Shown here in pieces: positions 27,344 to 37,458 of a DNA stretch of 52,314 bases. The position numbers and the translations under genes are program-made. This stretch comes from a virus (lineage: Duplodnaviria > Caudoviricetes), in IMG/VR virus record IMGVR_UViG_3300033150_001973, positions 1 to 52,314 of that record. One strand, given 5' to 3'. Below the pieces are notes generated by a model. It did not search any database. It was not told the origin of the DNA and was given only the letters and a program-made list of their open reading frames with translations. Positions within the stretch are counted from its first letter, which is position 1. Each line of letters opens with the position of its first letter.

Positions 27344-27832
27344 ATGCCAGGAATGAAGCCTAGAATAGGAGCAAACATAGGAACAAGAAACATAGGACAA
27401 TCAAAAAGACCTTCTCCACAAACTTCTAAACCATTAGGACAATCAATAAAACATTCTCCAAGAGTTTCAAGACCATTAGGACAATCTTCAAAAGTTGTAA
27501 AAGACGTTCAGCAGAGATTATATGAACTTGGATATAATGATGTATTAGTTTCAAGTTCAAGAAAAAAGGACGGGACTTGGGATGGAATTTTAGGACAGGG
27601 GACTATGGCAACAATTAAGAAATTTCAACAGGATAGAGGATTACAGGTTACAGGTATGCCAGATACACCTACTTTACAGGCACTTGGTATAATATCTACT
27701 CCACCTCCACCAAAACCACCTCCACCAAATAAAGAAGCAATTGTTGACTGGGTAAAGAAAAATGCTATCTGGATAGGAATTATCTTAATGCTGGTAACAG
27801 TTATAACCCTTATAAAAAAGGAGAAAAAATGA
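27344..27832 (+). CDS. Peptidoglycan-binding domain protein with C-terminal TM
   Basis: VKDVQQRLYELGY...DGILGQGT..IKKFQQDRGLQVTG. Confidence 0.85.
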   Translation: MPGMKPRIGANIGTRNIGQSKRPSPQTSKPLGQSIKHSPRVSRPLGQSSKVVKDVQQRLYELGYNDVLVSSSRKKDGTWDGILGQGTMATIKKFQQDRGLQVTGMPDTPTLQALGIISTPPPPKPPPPNKEAIVDWVKKNAIWIGIILMLVTVITLIKKEKK

Positions 27833-28359
27833 AAGCACCAAGAAATAAAAGATTAATGTCAAAAGCCATTGGACAAAGTTATTTACAACCACCAGATTTA
27901 GATTTATCTCCACCTGGTTTTAATTTCGGTAATGGAACTTATTTACAACTGCCAGATTTAAATTTTTCTCCTCCTGGTTTTGATATTCCAACTTGGAATA
28001 TTCCTGGATTTGGAACAAGTTATGTAAAATTTGACCCATCAATACTTCAGGGAATACAGAATATAGGAACTGAAGTGGCACAGCAGGGTGGAACTTGGGG
28101 AGATTGGTTTAAAAATCTTTTACAGACAGGACTTACAACTGCAACACAACTTTATTTGCTTAAACAACAAATGAGAGCAATGGGAAAAAGTGAGACAGAT
28201 AAAGTAACTCCACAAGATACTTCTGCTCTTACAACTCAATTATATGCTATGCAAGCACAACAGCAGAAAGAACAGCAAAAAATGTTTCTTATACTCGGTA
28301 TAGGAGGACTGTTTCTAGTGTTAATTATAATGATGTTTACTATGATGAGGGAAAAATGA
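27829..28359 (+). CDS. Virion membrane protein (C-terminal TM) with 20-aa tandem duplication
   Basis: YLQPPDLDLSPPGF / YLQLPDLNFSPPGF. Confidence 0.7.
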   Translation: MKAPRNKRLMSKAIGQSYLQPPDLDLSPPGFNFGNGTYLQLPDLNFSPPGFDIPTWNIPGFGTSYVKFDPSILQGIQNIGTEVAQQGGTWGDWFKNLLQTGLTTATQLYLLKQQMRAMGKSETDKVTPQDTSALTTQLYAMQAQQQKEQQKMFLILGIGGLFLVLIIMMFTMMREK

Positions 28360-28997
28360 GGAGAACTACACCAATTGGCAGACAAAAATATAAAGTGAAG
28401 GCAATAGGGCAATCAAATGTTTCATATTCAAAGGAGTTAATTGCACAAATACAGAAACGGTTATATAATCTTGGAATTGAAAGAGAAACACTTGTAAAGT
28501 CATCTTTAAAATCAGATGGGACTTGGGATGGAATACTTGGAGAGGGAACTAAAACTGCTATAAGAAAATTTCAAGAAATGAATAATTTGCCTGCTACAGG
28601 TATTCCAGATAATAAAACATTAGAATTACTTGGTTTTCCTTCTAGTAATGAAACTAATAATGAAACAGTAATTTTACCTTATTTGCCAATAGCAAGAGAA
28701 AGAGCAGAACAAGAATTTGGAAAATATGCTGGTGAACTTGAAGAAGGAGAAACCTTGTATGAGTTCCTTACAAAACTATATAAAAAGCATAAAATAGGAT
28801 TTTATGATATTGATAGATTTATAAGAGTTGCACAAAATATAGGAATAAAACCAGACGAAGAATTATCAAAGGAAAAATTACTTGCTTTATTAGCACGATA
28901 TAAAGAACTGCGTGTATTAAATTGTTTACTTTTTGCTACTATTGGTATTGGGGCTTTAGCACTAATTATTACCTTTTTACCAGAAAGAAAGGGATAA
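28356..28997 (+). CDS. Peptidoglycan-binding domain protein with C-terminal TM (paralog of 27344)
   Basis: IQKRLYNLG...DGTWDGILGEGTKTAIRKFQ..NNLPATG. Confidence 0.85.
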   Translation: MRRTTPIGRQKYKVKAIGQSNVSYSKELIAQIQKRLYNLGIERETLVKSSLKSDGTWDGILGEGTKTAIRKFQEMNNLPATGIPDNKTLELLGFPSSNETNNETVILPYLPIARERAEQEFGKYAGELEEGETLYEFLTKLYKKHKIGFYDIDRFIRVAQNIGIKPDEELSKEKLLALLARYKELRVLNCLLFATIGIGALALIITFLPERKG

Positions 28998-29000
28998 AAA

Positions 29001-29486
29001 ATGAGAGTAGGAGTAAAGGAGAAACTTGATTTATTTGAAAAAGTAGCAATTATAAAATCAGTTATTGAAAAGTGGTATAATACAAAAGTTATAGATAATG
29101 TAATTAAATTGATAAAAAAAAAGTATGGGGGACTTCCACCTTACGAAAAAGATAAAGCACTTCTACTGGCAAAATGGGTAAAAGAAAATATAAAATACAT
29201 TCCTGAACCACCACATTTTAATGACAGAGTTAAAACACCTGTTGTAATAATGAAATGTAGATTTGGGGACTGCTCGGAACACGCTATTTTGTTAGGGTGT
29301 CTTCTTAAAAGAGAAAATATACCTTTTGTTTATGCTCTTGTTTCTACATTACCAAAAGAACCTAATGTTATAAATCATATATATTTAGAAGCAAGAGTTG
29401 ATGGAGAAAAAATACCTCTTGATACAACAAGCACAACTCCTCTGGGGAAAGAGCCAGTAGAATTTGCAAAAGTATATTTTAAGTGA
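29001..29486 (+). CDS. Transglutaminase-like cysteine protease
   Basis: WVKENIKY, GDCSEHA (Cys), NHIY (His), LDTT (Asp) triad. Confidence 0.85.
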   Translation: MRVGVKEKLDLFEKVAIIKSVIEKWYNTKVIDNVIKLIKKKYGGLPPYEKDKALLLAKWVKENIKYIPEPPHFNDRVKTPVVIMKCRFGDCSEHAILLGCLLKRENIPFVYALVSTLPKEPNVINHIYLEARVDGEKIPLDTTSTTPLGKEPVEFAKVYFK

Positions 29487-29496
29487 GGTGATACAA

Positions 29497-30249
29497 ATGC
29501 CGAAATTGTTGGATAGAACAAAAATTGTCTATGACAGTATAATAAGAAAATTCCTTGATAGTGGAAAAACTGTTGAAGAATTTTTATCTTCTGTTAAAGG
29601 GTCATCAAGTTTTATAAAGTTAAATTATTATGTATTGAAGAGATATTGTTCAGAAAATAATATAGAATTTGAACTTGATTTGAAAGACCTTAATATACCT
29701 GAACCTGAAATTTCATTGTATAAAGAGCAAAAAATTAAAAAAGAAGATATTATTAAAGTTATAAAAACACTTAAAAATTCCAACTATAACATAAATAAAT
29801 TTTTCTTTGCTATTTCAACTACTTATGGAACAAGATGTGTTGAACTATCAAGAATAACCGAAAAAGATATAGATTTAACAAGAAACCTGCTTTTGATTAA
29901 AACAGCAAAAAGTGGTGAACCAAGAATTTATAGAATACCAGAGGAAATATTGCCTTATTTTCAGTATTTTAAACCTATATCTAATCAGAATGTTTTATGG
30001 ACTATTTACCATCAATCATTTAAAATGGCTGGTATAAATTCAAAAGGAACTGGATACCATACTATAAGAAAAATACTTTTTACTGAACTTATAAATTCTG
30101 GTTGTCCTTATGAATTTGTTGAGTATTTTTTCAGATGGAAATTAGGTGGTAGAGTAAGTTTTCAGCATTACTTTACTCCTGAAATAGACAGAGTATATGA
30201 AAAAATCAGACCTCATCACCCATTTATTGAGGAGTGGAAAAATGAATAA
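29497..30249 (+). CDS. Tyrosine recombinase
   Basis: GTRCVEL (R), KTAK (K), HTIRK (HxxR), RW, HY (Tyr). Confidence 0.85.
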   Translation: MPKLLDRTKIVYDSIIRKFLDSGKTVEEFLSSVKGSSSFIKLNYYVLKRYCSENNIEFELDLKDLNIPEPEISLYKEQKIKKEDIIKVIKTLKNSNYNINKFFFAISTTYGTRCVELSRITEKDIDLTRNLLLIKTAKSGEPRIYRIPEEILPYFQYFKPISNQNVLWTIYHQSFKMAGINSKGTGYHTIRKILFTELINSGCPYEFVEYFFRWKLGGRVSFQHYFTPEIDRVYEKIRPHHPFIEEWKNE

Positions 30250-30526
30250 GATAGAATATAAAACAGTAGAGTTTTTTTCCTGTCCTTTATGCGGATTTGG
30301 TAAACCTATAAACAAGAAGATTAAAGGTGGAATTAAGTTTAATATTGATTTTGAAAAAAACGGTGTTATACAAATAAGAGAAGTTAGAGGAAGAAAGGGT
30401 TTTCCAATAGTTAAGAGAATAAAAATAAAGGATATGGTAAATGATGAAAATTATAAAGAAATTCTTAAAGAGTTAACAATACAGGTTGAAAAACTTTATA
30501 ATTATCTAAAAAGGGAGTTAAAATGA
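30242..30526 (+). CDS. Hypothetical protein (CxxC)
   Basis: FSCPLCG; GAGGAG RBS. Confidence 0.6.
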   Translation: MNKIEYKTVEFFSCPLCGFGKPINKKIKGGIKFNIDFEKNGVIQIREVRGRKGFPIVKRIKIKDMVNDENYKEILKELTIQVEKLYNYLKRELK

Positions 30527-30957
30527 ATGATTTAAGTAAATACAAGGAAGTAGCAGGGCTTGTGAGTGAATTAGTTAAAATACTTCAAAATGAAAAAGCA
30601 GGTGCGAAACCATATTTCCCCAATTATAGAACAAGTATTTCTAGTAATGGGTCTGCTGTGTATAATTTTGAAGTTTCTGATACTAAAGTATGGAAATTGA
30701 AAAAGATTAAAATAGGATGTGAACCTGATGTATGCTATGTTACTATATGGATTGATGGACTTGGAGTTGTTGTTCCAAGACAGTTAATAAGAGAAAATAA
30801 TAATACAATAGAAATGCCAACTGATGTGTTTGTAAGAGAAAGAGTTAGAGTTAAAATTGAAAATTCAACTGCTACATCTCAGGATATATCAATAACTTTA
30901 TATATAACTGAGTATGAAAAGAAATTTATTGATGATTTAGCAAGAGAACTTCTTTAA
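30523..30957 (+). CDS. Beta-rich structural protein (possible single jelly-roll / penton)
   Basis: Alternating beta-strand pattern, 144 aa, precedes the spike genes. Confidence 0.4.
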   Translation: MNDLSKYKEVAGLVSELVKILQNEKAGAKPYFPNYRTSISSNGSAVYNFEVSDTKVWKLKKIKIGCEPDVCYVTIWIDGLGVVVPRQLIRENNNTIEMPTDVFVRERVRVKIENSTATSQDISITLYITEYEKKFIDDLARELL

Positions 30958-30970
30958 ATAAGGGGGAGAT

Positions 30971-31408
30971 ATGAGAAAATTTTTAAGCATAATTATAACT
31001 CTACAAATAACGATAATATCTACTATTTTGTTATTCGGAATAATTAAAGGTAATAAACCAATTGTTGAACCTATTCAAGCACAAGGATTTAATAGAGTTC
31101 TGATATATGATAAAACTGTTGTTGATACAATAATTAACTATACTTTAACAGACGCAAATACAGAATATTCAATAACTCTGCCTTCTAGAACAATTGCTTT
31201 TGAAATACAACCGAGAGATACTTCTGTTGATTTAAAAATGGCTTACTATCCAGGTGAAAGTGGAACTAATTATTGGACTATAAGAGGAAACGGTGGTTGG
31301 TATTGTTTTTACTTTCCAAATTATAATTATTCAGGAAAAACTATATATTTACAATCAGCAACAGCAGGAGCAGTAGTTGAAATACATATTGTAAGAAAGT
31401 TATATTAA
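30971..31408 (+). CDS. Signal/TM-anchored beta-sandwich structural protein
   Basis: N-terminal hydrophobic segment; YTLTDANTEYSITLP...TIYLQS...VVEI. Confidence 0.55.
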   Translation: MRKFLSIIITLQITIISTILLFGIIKGNKPIVEPIQAQGFNRVLIYDKTVVDTIINYTLTDANTEYSITLPSRTIAFEIQPRDTSVDLKMAYYPGESGTNYWTIRGNGGWYCFYFPNYNYSGKTIYLQSATAGAVVEIHIVRKLY

Positions 31409-31418
31409 AGGAGGTAGA

Positions 31419-34361
31419 ATGAAAAAAGTATTTTTTATATTAACATTTTTAGCAACTCTATTTTTCTTTTCAAAAGTATGTTATGCTCCTAGTAGAGGTG
31501 GAAGTATTGGTGGTGGAGATATGGAAAAAGCAGTTTATGATACAGATAATAATAGTATTGTAGATAAAGCAGAAGGATTGACAGAAAATGTTGTGACAGA
31601 AACAACAATTGTGGATAACACTATAACAGAAACAGATTTATCTTTTAGTCCATTGAATACAGACCAAACTTCTCCACAAGAAATTGTTAATGGTATACCA
31701 CTACTGAATACAACACCAAGTGGAAGTCCTGATATTAAATCACTTGTGAATAAACAGTATATAGATTGGGCTATATCATCTCTCGGAGCAAGTTATTATA
31801 TGTATAGAGACACAGACGCAACAGGGTATAAAACCTGCTATTTAAATCCATCTACTAATTCAGAAACTTCAATTGTGGCTTCAAGTTTATCTGATAATGA
31901 TTATATTGGTGGTTGGATTTCTGCAATAGGTGAAGCACCACAAAAATTGTTGAAAGGAGTATATAACTGGTATATTACTATGGAAAGAACTGGTGGAAAC
32001 AGAACATTAAGAGTTTATTGGAAGTTATATGAAAGAACTGCAGGTGATACAGAGATTGAAATTGCTACAAGTTCTTATTCAAATGAAATTACAAGTAGGG
32101 CTTCTTATATTGTTCCATTACAGTTAGACAGTGATTATATTCCTGCAAGTGATAGTAGAATAGTTGGAAAGTTGTATGCCGATGTAAGTGGGACTGGAAA
32201 TGCTCCAGAATTAACTATTTATTTTGAGGGTAATACTTCAAGTCGCTGGGAGATACCAGCGAATAGTGAGGTATTCCAAAATATTTTTGTCCCTTATGAT
32301 GGGGCAACTTCAAACATAGATTTAGGAAGCAAAAACCTAACTACAAATGGAACAATAAATGCTGGGACTTTACAGGTAAATTCAGTAGATGTTTTAAAAG
32401 TGAGTGATGATATATCATTATTAAATAATGATGCAGGATATATTACAGATGAGAGTGACCCTGTGTGGTCTTCAGAAAAGAGCAATTACTTTGATAAAAC
32501 TACTGATACCACTGATGATTTAAGTGAAGGAGCAACTAATAAATTTTATTCAACAAGTTTATTTAATACAGATTTTGCAAATAAAAGTATAGGCGATTTA
32601 TCAGATGTGATAATAAATTCTCCGAGTGATTGGCAAGTATTAAAATACGATAACGGAAAATGGGGAAATCAGTATGTAAATTTAAGTGAGTTAGGGGATG
32701 TATTTATAAATTTCCCTTCAAATGAAGAAGTGTTGAAATATGATAGTGGAACTGGGAAGTGGGTAAACGGAACGGTATCTGGCGGAGGACAAGAATTATA
32801 TGATTGTGTTGTTGCTTCTGATGGCAGTGGTGATTATACAACATTACACGACGCAATTCAGAATGGAGAAACTTCCATATACATTAAAGATGGGACTTAT
32901 ACAGAAACAAATATTACATTACAATTAGGAGGGACTAAACCAATTACTATCATCGGAGAAAGTCATAATGTGATAATAAATTCTGGAACTGATGGGTTAT
33001 TTTCTGTGCCATCAAAAACTATAGTTACTTATGCAGGGACTGTTAGTTTTGACTTAGGGTCAACAACAGTTACTGGAAATGGGACTTCATTTGTAAGTTC
33101 AGGAGTAAAAGCGGGAGATTATCTATATATTAATAATGGTGATGAGGCAAATGTTCCTTATGACTATCTTTTTAAAATTAAAAGTGTAGATAATGAGACA
33201 CAGTTGACTTTGTATGAACCTATAAGCTGGCCAGGGATGAATTCTATGACAAATTTCAATTATGAAATCAGAAGAATATCAAGAGCAGTAGTTATGAAAA
33301 ATTTAACATTAGAGGGAAAATTGGTAAAAGAGGAAGAAGATTATAATAGAGTAGTAGCAGGCTGGAAGATAGAAAATTGTATATTAAATAACTTCCAATT
33401 TAGACCATATAATGCGGTTGCACAGAATAATTCAGTAGTCAATTGCAGTGGTAGAAATGTCTGTATAAGATTAGGAAAAAAAGCAATCGTTAAGGGAAAT
33501 AGGTTTGTCTTAAGTGAGGTTGGAGTAGGCATTGATGTTTATTCTTATAGCGTAGTTGAGGGAAATACTTTATTTTCTCCTTGTAATAAGACCGCTATTG
33601 GAGTGTATGGTTATACTGTAGTAAATAATAATACAATTTTTTCTGGATGGGATTTTACAAATATGATTTACTCTACTGGTAGCGGTATTTATACATATAA
33701 CTCTGCTCGTAACATAATAATAAGTGGAAATACTATTGCGGGGAAAGAGTATGGAATTCAAAGTGATTATACCCCCTATGTAATAATCACAGGGAATTCA
33801 GTAAGAGGATGTAGTAAAAATGGTATAATATCCGAAGGGCAGTATGCTGTGATTTCAGGAAATATAGTGAAAGAATGCGGAGAAATGGGTTCTGCTGAAA
33901 GTGATATGGCTGGAATTTATGTTGGAGGTCTGGGTAGTAGTGTGGTAGGAAATGTTTGTGAAGATAATGCAGGAGATGGTATTTATATTGGTAATAGGTG
34001 TTCAGTAGTGGGAAATACCTGTAGAAATAATGGAGATAAAGGAATAGATGGAGATACAGGTTATAGGGGCAGTGTATTTATAGGAAACAAGGTAGATAAC
34101 AATACAAATAATTCTAACTATACGAGAAATTTGCCATCGTCAATTACAGTTGGCAGTTCTCCGTTTACTTATCAAAATAATTCAGGTTATGATTTGATTA
34201 TTCTGATAAGTGGTGGAACTGTAAGTTCTATTGAATTTAGCAGGGATAACTCAAATTGGTATGATGTGGGGCAAACAAGTGGAATGTTTATTTTACCAGA
34301 TGGGGATTATTTAAAAATTACTTATACAGAAGCACCAACAATGACAGCAATACAGAGGTAA
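31419..34361 (+). CDS. Spike / receptor-binding protein with right-handed beta-helix (pectin-lyase fold)
   Basis: VVASDGSGDYTTLHDAI..IYIKDGTYTE cap, repeated ISGN/VVGN coils, LSELGDV repeats; N-terminal signal-like peptide. Confidence 0.8.
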   Translation: MKKVFFILTFLATLFFFSKVCYAPSRGGSIGGGDMEKAVYDTDNNSIVDKAEGLTENVVTETTIVDNTITETDLSFSPLNTDQTSPQEIVNGIPLLNTTPSGSPDIKSLVNKQYIDWAISSLGASYYMYRDTDATGYKTCYLNPSTNSETSIVASSLSDNDYIGGWISAIGEAPQKLLKGVYNWYITMERTGGNRTLRVYWKLYERTAGDTEIEIATSSYSNEITSRASYIVPLQLDSDYIPASDSRIVGKLYADVSGTGNAPELTIYFEGNTSSRWEIPANSEVFQNIFVPYDGATSNIDLGSKNLTTNGTINAGTLQVNSVDVLKVSDDISLLNNDAGYITDESDPVWSSEKSNYFDKTTDTTDDLSEGATNKFYSTSLFNTDFANKSIGDLSDVIINSPSDWQVLKYDNGKWGNQYVNLSELGDVFINFPSNEEVLKYDSGTGKWVNGTVSGGGQELYDCVVASDGSGDYTTLHDAIQNGETSIYIKDGTYTETNITLQLGGTKPITIIGESHNVIINSGTDGLFSVPSKTIVTYAGTVSFDLGSTTVTGNGTSFVSSGVKAGDYLYINNGDEANVPYDYLFKIKSVDNETQLTLYEPISWPGMNSMTNFNYEIRRISRAVVMKNLTLEGKLVKEEEDYNRVVAGWKIENCILNNFQFRPYNAVAQNNSVVNCSGRNVCIRLGKKAIVKGNRFVLSEVGVGIDVYSYSVVEGNTLFSPCNKTAIGVYGYTVVNNNTIFSGWDFTNMIYSTGSGIYTYNSARNIIISGNTIAGKEYGIQSDYTPYVIITGNSVRGCSKNGIISEGQYAVISGNIVKECGEMGSAESDMAGIYVGGLGSSVVGNVCEDNAGDGIYIGNRCSVVGNTCRNNGDKGIDGDTGYRGSVFIGNKVDNNTNNSNYTRNLPSSITVGSSPFTYQNNSGYDLIILISGGTVSSIEFSRDNSNWYDVGQTSGMFILPDGDYLKITYTEAPTMTAIQR

Positions 34362-34383
34362 TTAACTAAAAAGGAGGTTGATT

Positions 34384-34782
34384 ATGAAAAAGTATTTGCT
34401 TTCAATTCTTATTTTGATTTTCTTTGCTTCTTGGGGTCTCACTCAAGCTCAAGAAAATAAGGTAAAGGCTGGACCTAGGGAATTTAGATGTGTGTATAAT
34501 TTTCTAAAAACTAAACCAGAACTTGAAGTTGTTGAGAAAGATGGCAAAACATATTTAAAACTTCTTGTTCCTTACAAAACTGAAGAAGAAATTAAGCAAG
34601 AAGAGGAAAAAGAAAAAATTGAAGAACTAAAAAAAGAAAAAAAGAAGTTGCTGGAGAAACTTAATGAAATAAATAAAAAATTAGAAGAAAAAGGAATAAT
34701 TGAAGATAACCAAATTTCTCCAAATGTTGTATATATTTTAAATTGGGAATTTAATAGGAATTCAAAAATGAAAGGAGGATAA
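34384..34782 (+). CDS. Signal-peptide-bearing coiled-coil protein
   Basis: MKKYLLSILILIFFASWGLTQA. Confidence 0.6.
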   Translation: MKKYLLSILILIFFASWGLTQAQENKVKAGPREFRCVYNFLKTKPELEVVEKDGKTYLKLLVPYKTEEEIKQEEEKEKIEELKKEKKKLLEKLNEINKKLEEKGIIEDNQISPNVVYILNWEFNRNSKMKGG

Positions 34783-34783
34783 T

Positions 34784-35080
34784 ATGACAGTAGAAACAGT
34801 TATAGGATTTTCAACTCTGATACTGGTAATAATTGGATGGTTAGTGAAACTTTCTTATCAATATGGCAAACAAAACCAATTTAATCAAGAAACTCGTGCT
34901 TCAACTGAAGAAGTTGAAAGGAAAATAGATGAATTTAAAAATCAAGATTGTCTTCCTTTCAGACACGAAATAAGCGATAAGATAGATGAAATGAATATAA
35001 AACTAACAAGAATTGAAACAGATATTGCCTGGATTAAAAGAAAGATTAACGGTAGAAATCTTATTGGAGGTGATAAGTAA
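34784..35080 (+). CDS. Holin-like / TM plus coiled-coil protein
   Basis: N-terminal TM, LTRIETDIAWIK; precedes the amidase. Confidence 0.5.
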   Translation: MTVETVIGFSTLILVIIGWLVKLSYQYGKQNQFNQETRASTEEVERKIDEFKNQDCLPFRHEISDKIDEMNIKLTRIETDIAWIKRKINGRNLIGGDK

Positions 35081-35082
35081 CA

Positions 35083-35643
35083 GTGTCAATTAAACTATGT
35101 ATAGACGCTGGGCACGGAGGTAGAGACAGTGGAGCAGTTGGAATTTTAGTGGAGAAACAAATAACTCTTGCTATTGCTTTGAAAGTTAAAAAATTAAGTT
35201 TAATGAGAGAATATAAAAACAGGATAGAAATAATTATGACAAGAGAAGAGGATAGATACATTTCATTAAAGGACAGATGTAAAATAGCAAATGAGAATAA
35301 ATGTGATTATTTTATTTCTATTCATTGCAACAGTTCAAAAAAGCCAACAGAATTTGGTGGTATAGAAGTTTTTTATTATCGTGGTTCAAAAAAAGGAAAT
35401 TATTTAGCATATCATATAATAAATAATATTCTAAAGAGAATATTTATATTAGGCAACAGAGGAACAAAAAGAGGAAATTTTTATGTTTTAAGGCATACAA
35501 TAATGCCTGCTTGTTTAGTTGAATGTGGATTTGTAAATAATGAAACGGACGCCGAAATTCTGACAACTTATCAGTATGAGTATGCAGAAGGAATTATAAA
35601 CGCTGTTATAAATGCTCACAATACCTGGAGGAACAATGAATAA
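35083..35643 (+). CDS. N-acetylmuramoyl-L-alanine amidase (Amidase_3) endolysin
   Basis: IDAGHGG.D.GA, EK, ISIHCN, LVECGF. Confidence 0.95.
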   Translation: MSIKLCIDAGHGGRDSGAVGILVEKQITLAIALKVKKLSLMREYKNRIEIIMTREEDRYISLKDRCKIANENKCDYFISIHCNSSKKPTEFGGIEVFYYRGSKKGNYLAYHIINNILKRIFILGNRGTKRGNFYVLRHTIMPACLVECGFVNNETDAEILTTYQYEYAEGIINAVINAHNTWRNNE

Positions 35644-35740
35644 AAAGAAGTTAAACGATAATTTTGTAGAATATGGAAGTATTTTTGGTATGTTATTTAC
35701 CATTTATCTTTTAATTTTGTTTTTAAGGTCTTTAAAATGA
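35636..35740 (+). CDS. Small membrane peptide (34 aa)
   Basis: GGAGG RBS, one TM. Confidence 0.45.
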   Translation: MNKKKLNDNFVEYGSIFGMLFTIYLLILFLRSLK

Positions 35741-36024
35741 AAAACATTATATTGAAACTACTGAAAAGGAGAATAGAAGCAGAACTAAAAGAGATAAAAG
35801 ATGAAGTTCTTTCAGATAAGAAGTTTTGGTTTGGACTTATATATGAAATACTAAAGTTTATAAATGAAAAATATGAGTTAAAAATCAGTTCAAGAAGTTT
35901 ATATAAAATTGCTGGTGTAATTGTAAAAAATTGGGATAGATGGGGTGATGAATTTAAGTGTATAATAAAATGTAAAAAGTTGCACAAAGCATTGGTAGAT
36001 TATTTTAAAATATGGAAGGTGTAA
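35737..36024 (+). CDS. Hypothetical protein
   Basis: ATGA overlap. Confidence 0.55.
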   Translation: MKNIILKLLKRRIEAELKEIKDEVLSDKKFWFGLIYEILKFINEKYELKISSRSLYKIAGVIVKNWDRWGDEFKCIIKCKKLHKALVDYFKIWKV

Positions 36025-36036
36025 AAGGGGGATAAA

Positions 36037-36558
36037 ATGTATTATAGAGGTGAAAAAATAAAGGAAATTATTAAAAATGATTATGGAGTTGAGTGTAAAG
36101 ATATAGTAGAAACTTATAAAAATTTATATACTGATAAAGAACTTGTAGAATTGAGGAAAAAATTAGAGGAATTGAAAAATAAAATAGCAGAAATAGAATA
36201 TGAAAGATACAGAAAAAAAGAAATAGAACTTACAGAAAAATACTGGAAAACTATCTTGAATAGAGTATTTAAAAAATACCCTGAATTATTAAAAAATGTT
36301 GAATATATTGATTTAGATGATTACCTATTAGAAGTGTTTTTTGATTGTCCAAAAGAAACAAAATTTTCTGTGATGATGCATTATGTATCAGAAAATAAAC
36401 CATATATTAGTGTTTTTATAAGAAATCTGGCGAAAAGACCTTTAGGAAAAGAAATAATGGAAAAACTGCCAGTGGAAGCAACTGTTGATGAAATAGTGAA
36501 CATTATAGGAAAATATAAAGATTATTTAACTTGTGATAAATATGCTCTTGAACCATAA
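36037..36558 (+). CDS. Hypothetical protein
   Basis: RBS, 173 aa. Confidence 0.65.
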   Translation: MYYRGEKIKEIIKNDYGVECKDIVETYKNLYTDKELVELRKKLEELKNKIAEIEYERYRKKEIELTEKYWKTILNRVFKKYPELLKNVEYIDLDDYLLEVFFDCPKETKFSVMMHYVSENKPYISVFIRNLAKRPLGKEIMEKLPVEATVDEIVNIIGKYKDYLTCDKYALEP

Positions 36559-36583
36559 GGTAAAATATAATAGGAGGTAAGTA

Positions 36584-37003
36584 ATGATAACAGGAGAAGT
36601 AATTGAAGCAGGGACACAAGCGATGAAAACAGCACAAAAAACAGCAGAAAAAGGGACAGAAGCATTGGGATATAAGGAAGTTAGATGGATTTTAGTTGGT
36701 GGAGCAATTATTATACTTTTTCCCTTCATAAGAAGATATTTAGTAAATATAATTGCTCTACCACCTGTTGATGAAGGAGGAAAACCTACAAGTTTACCAG
36801 AAGACGCTCAAATATGGAGAAAATTTTATAAACAAAGCACACTTAATACTGCATTACCATATTGGGCTAAATTGGGATACAAACTTATATATATAAGAAC
36901 AACAAGAAAAGGAAGTTGGTATAAACCAGACCCAATAGCAGTTGCTTGGTGGTCTCCAAGTAAAAGGATGTGTGTGTGGATTGAGAATATAACTTATGTG
37001 TAA
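36584..37003 (+). CDS. Single-pass membrane protein
   Basis: WILVGGAIIILFPFI. Confidence 0.65.
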   Translation: MITGEVIEAGTQAMKTAQKTAEKGTEALGYKEVRWILVGGAIIILFPFIRRYLVNIIALPPVDEGGKPTSLPEDAQIWRKFYKQSTLNTALPYWAKLGYKLIYIRTTRKGSWYKPDPIAVAWWSPSKRMCVWIENITYV

Positions 37004-37013
37004 AAGGAGGTGT

Positions 37014-37298
37014 ATGATGATTAAAGGAATTCTTTTTTTAAGTATAGCATTGGAGAGGATAGTTGAGTTTTTAAGGCAGAATACAAAAATTAAGAAAGTT
37101 CCTGCTCTTTTAATTGTATGGGTATTTTCATTTTTAAGTTTATTCTTCTGGGGTAAAGGTGGGGTTTTAGGACTTATTTCCCCAATAAATAAGATATGGG
37201 ATAGTATCTTTACAAGTTTCATAATTACAGCAGGAAGTAAAATAACTCACGATTTATTAGGATTAGTAGAAGGTAAATATAAAGAAGTGAAAAAATGA
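37014..37298 (+). CDS. Holin-like membrane protein
   Basis: Three TM segments; LSIALERIVEF...AGSKITHDLL. Confidence 0.6.
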   Translation: MMIKGILFLSIALERIVEFLRQNTKIKKVPALLIVWVFSFLSLFFWGKGGVLGLISPINKIWDSIFTSFIITAGSKITHDLLGLVEGKYKEVKK

Positions 37299-37444
37299 AG
37301 AAGTTGAGTTTAAAAGATTGGCTTGAAGTTGGTATGTATTTAGCATTGTTTGGAGCAGTGGTATTCTTTGGAACATCTATTTTTACTGAATTACAGAATA
37401 AGTTAAAAGAAAAGGTAAAAAAAGAATTAGAAGAAATAACATAA
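37295..37444 (+). CDS. Small membrane protein (49 aa)
   Basis: ATGA overlap, TM plus charged tail. Confidence 0.55.
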   Translation: MKKLSLKDWLEVGMYLALFGAVVFFGTSIFTELQNKLKEKVKKELEEIT

Positions 37445-37458
37445 AAAGGAGGTAGAAG

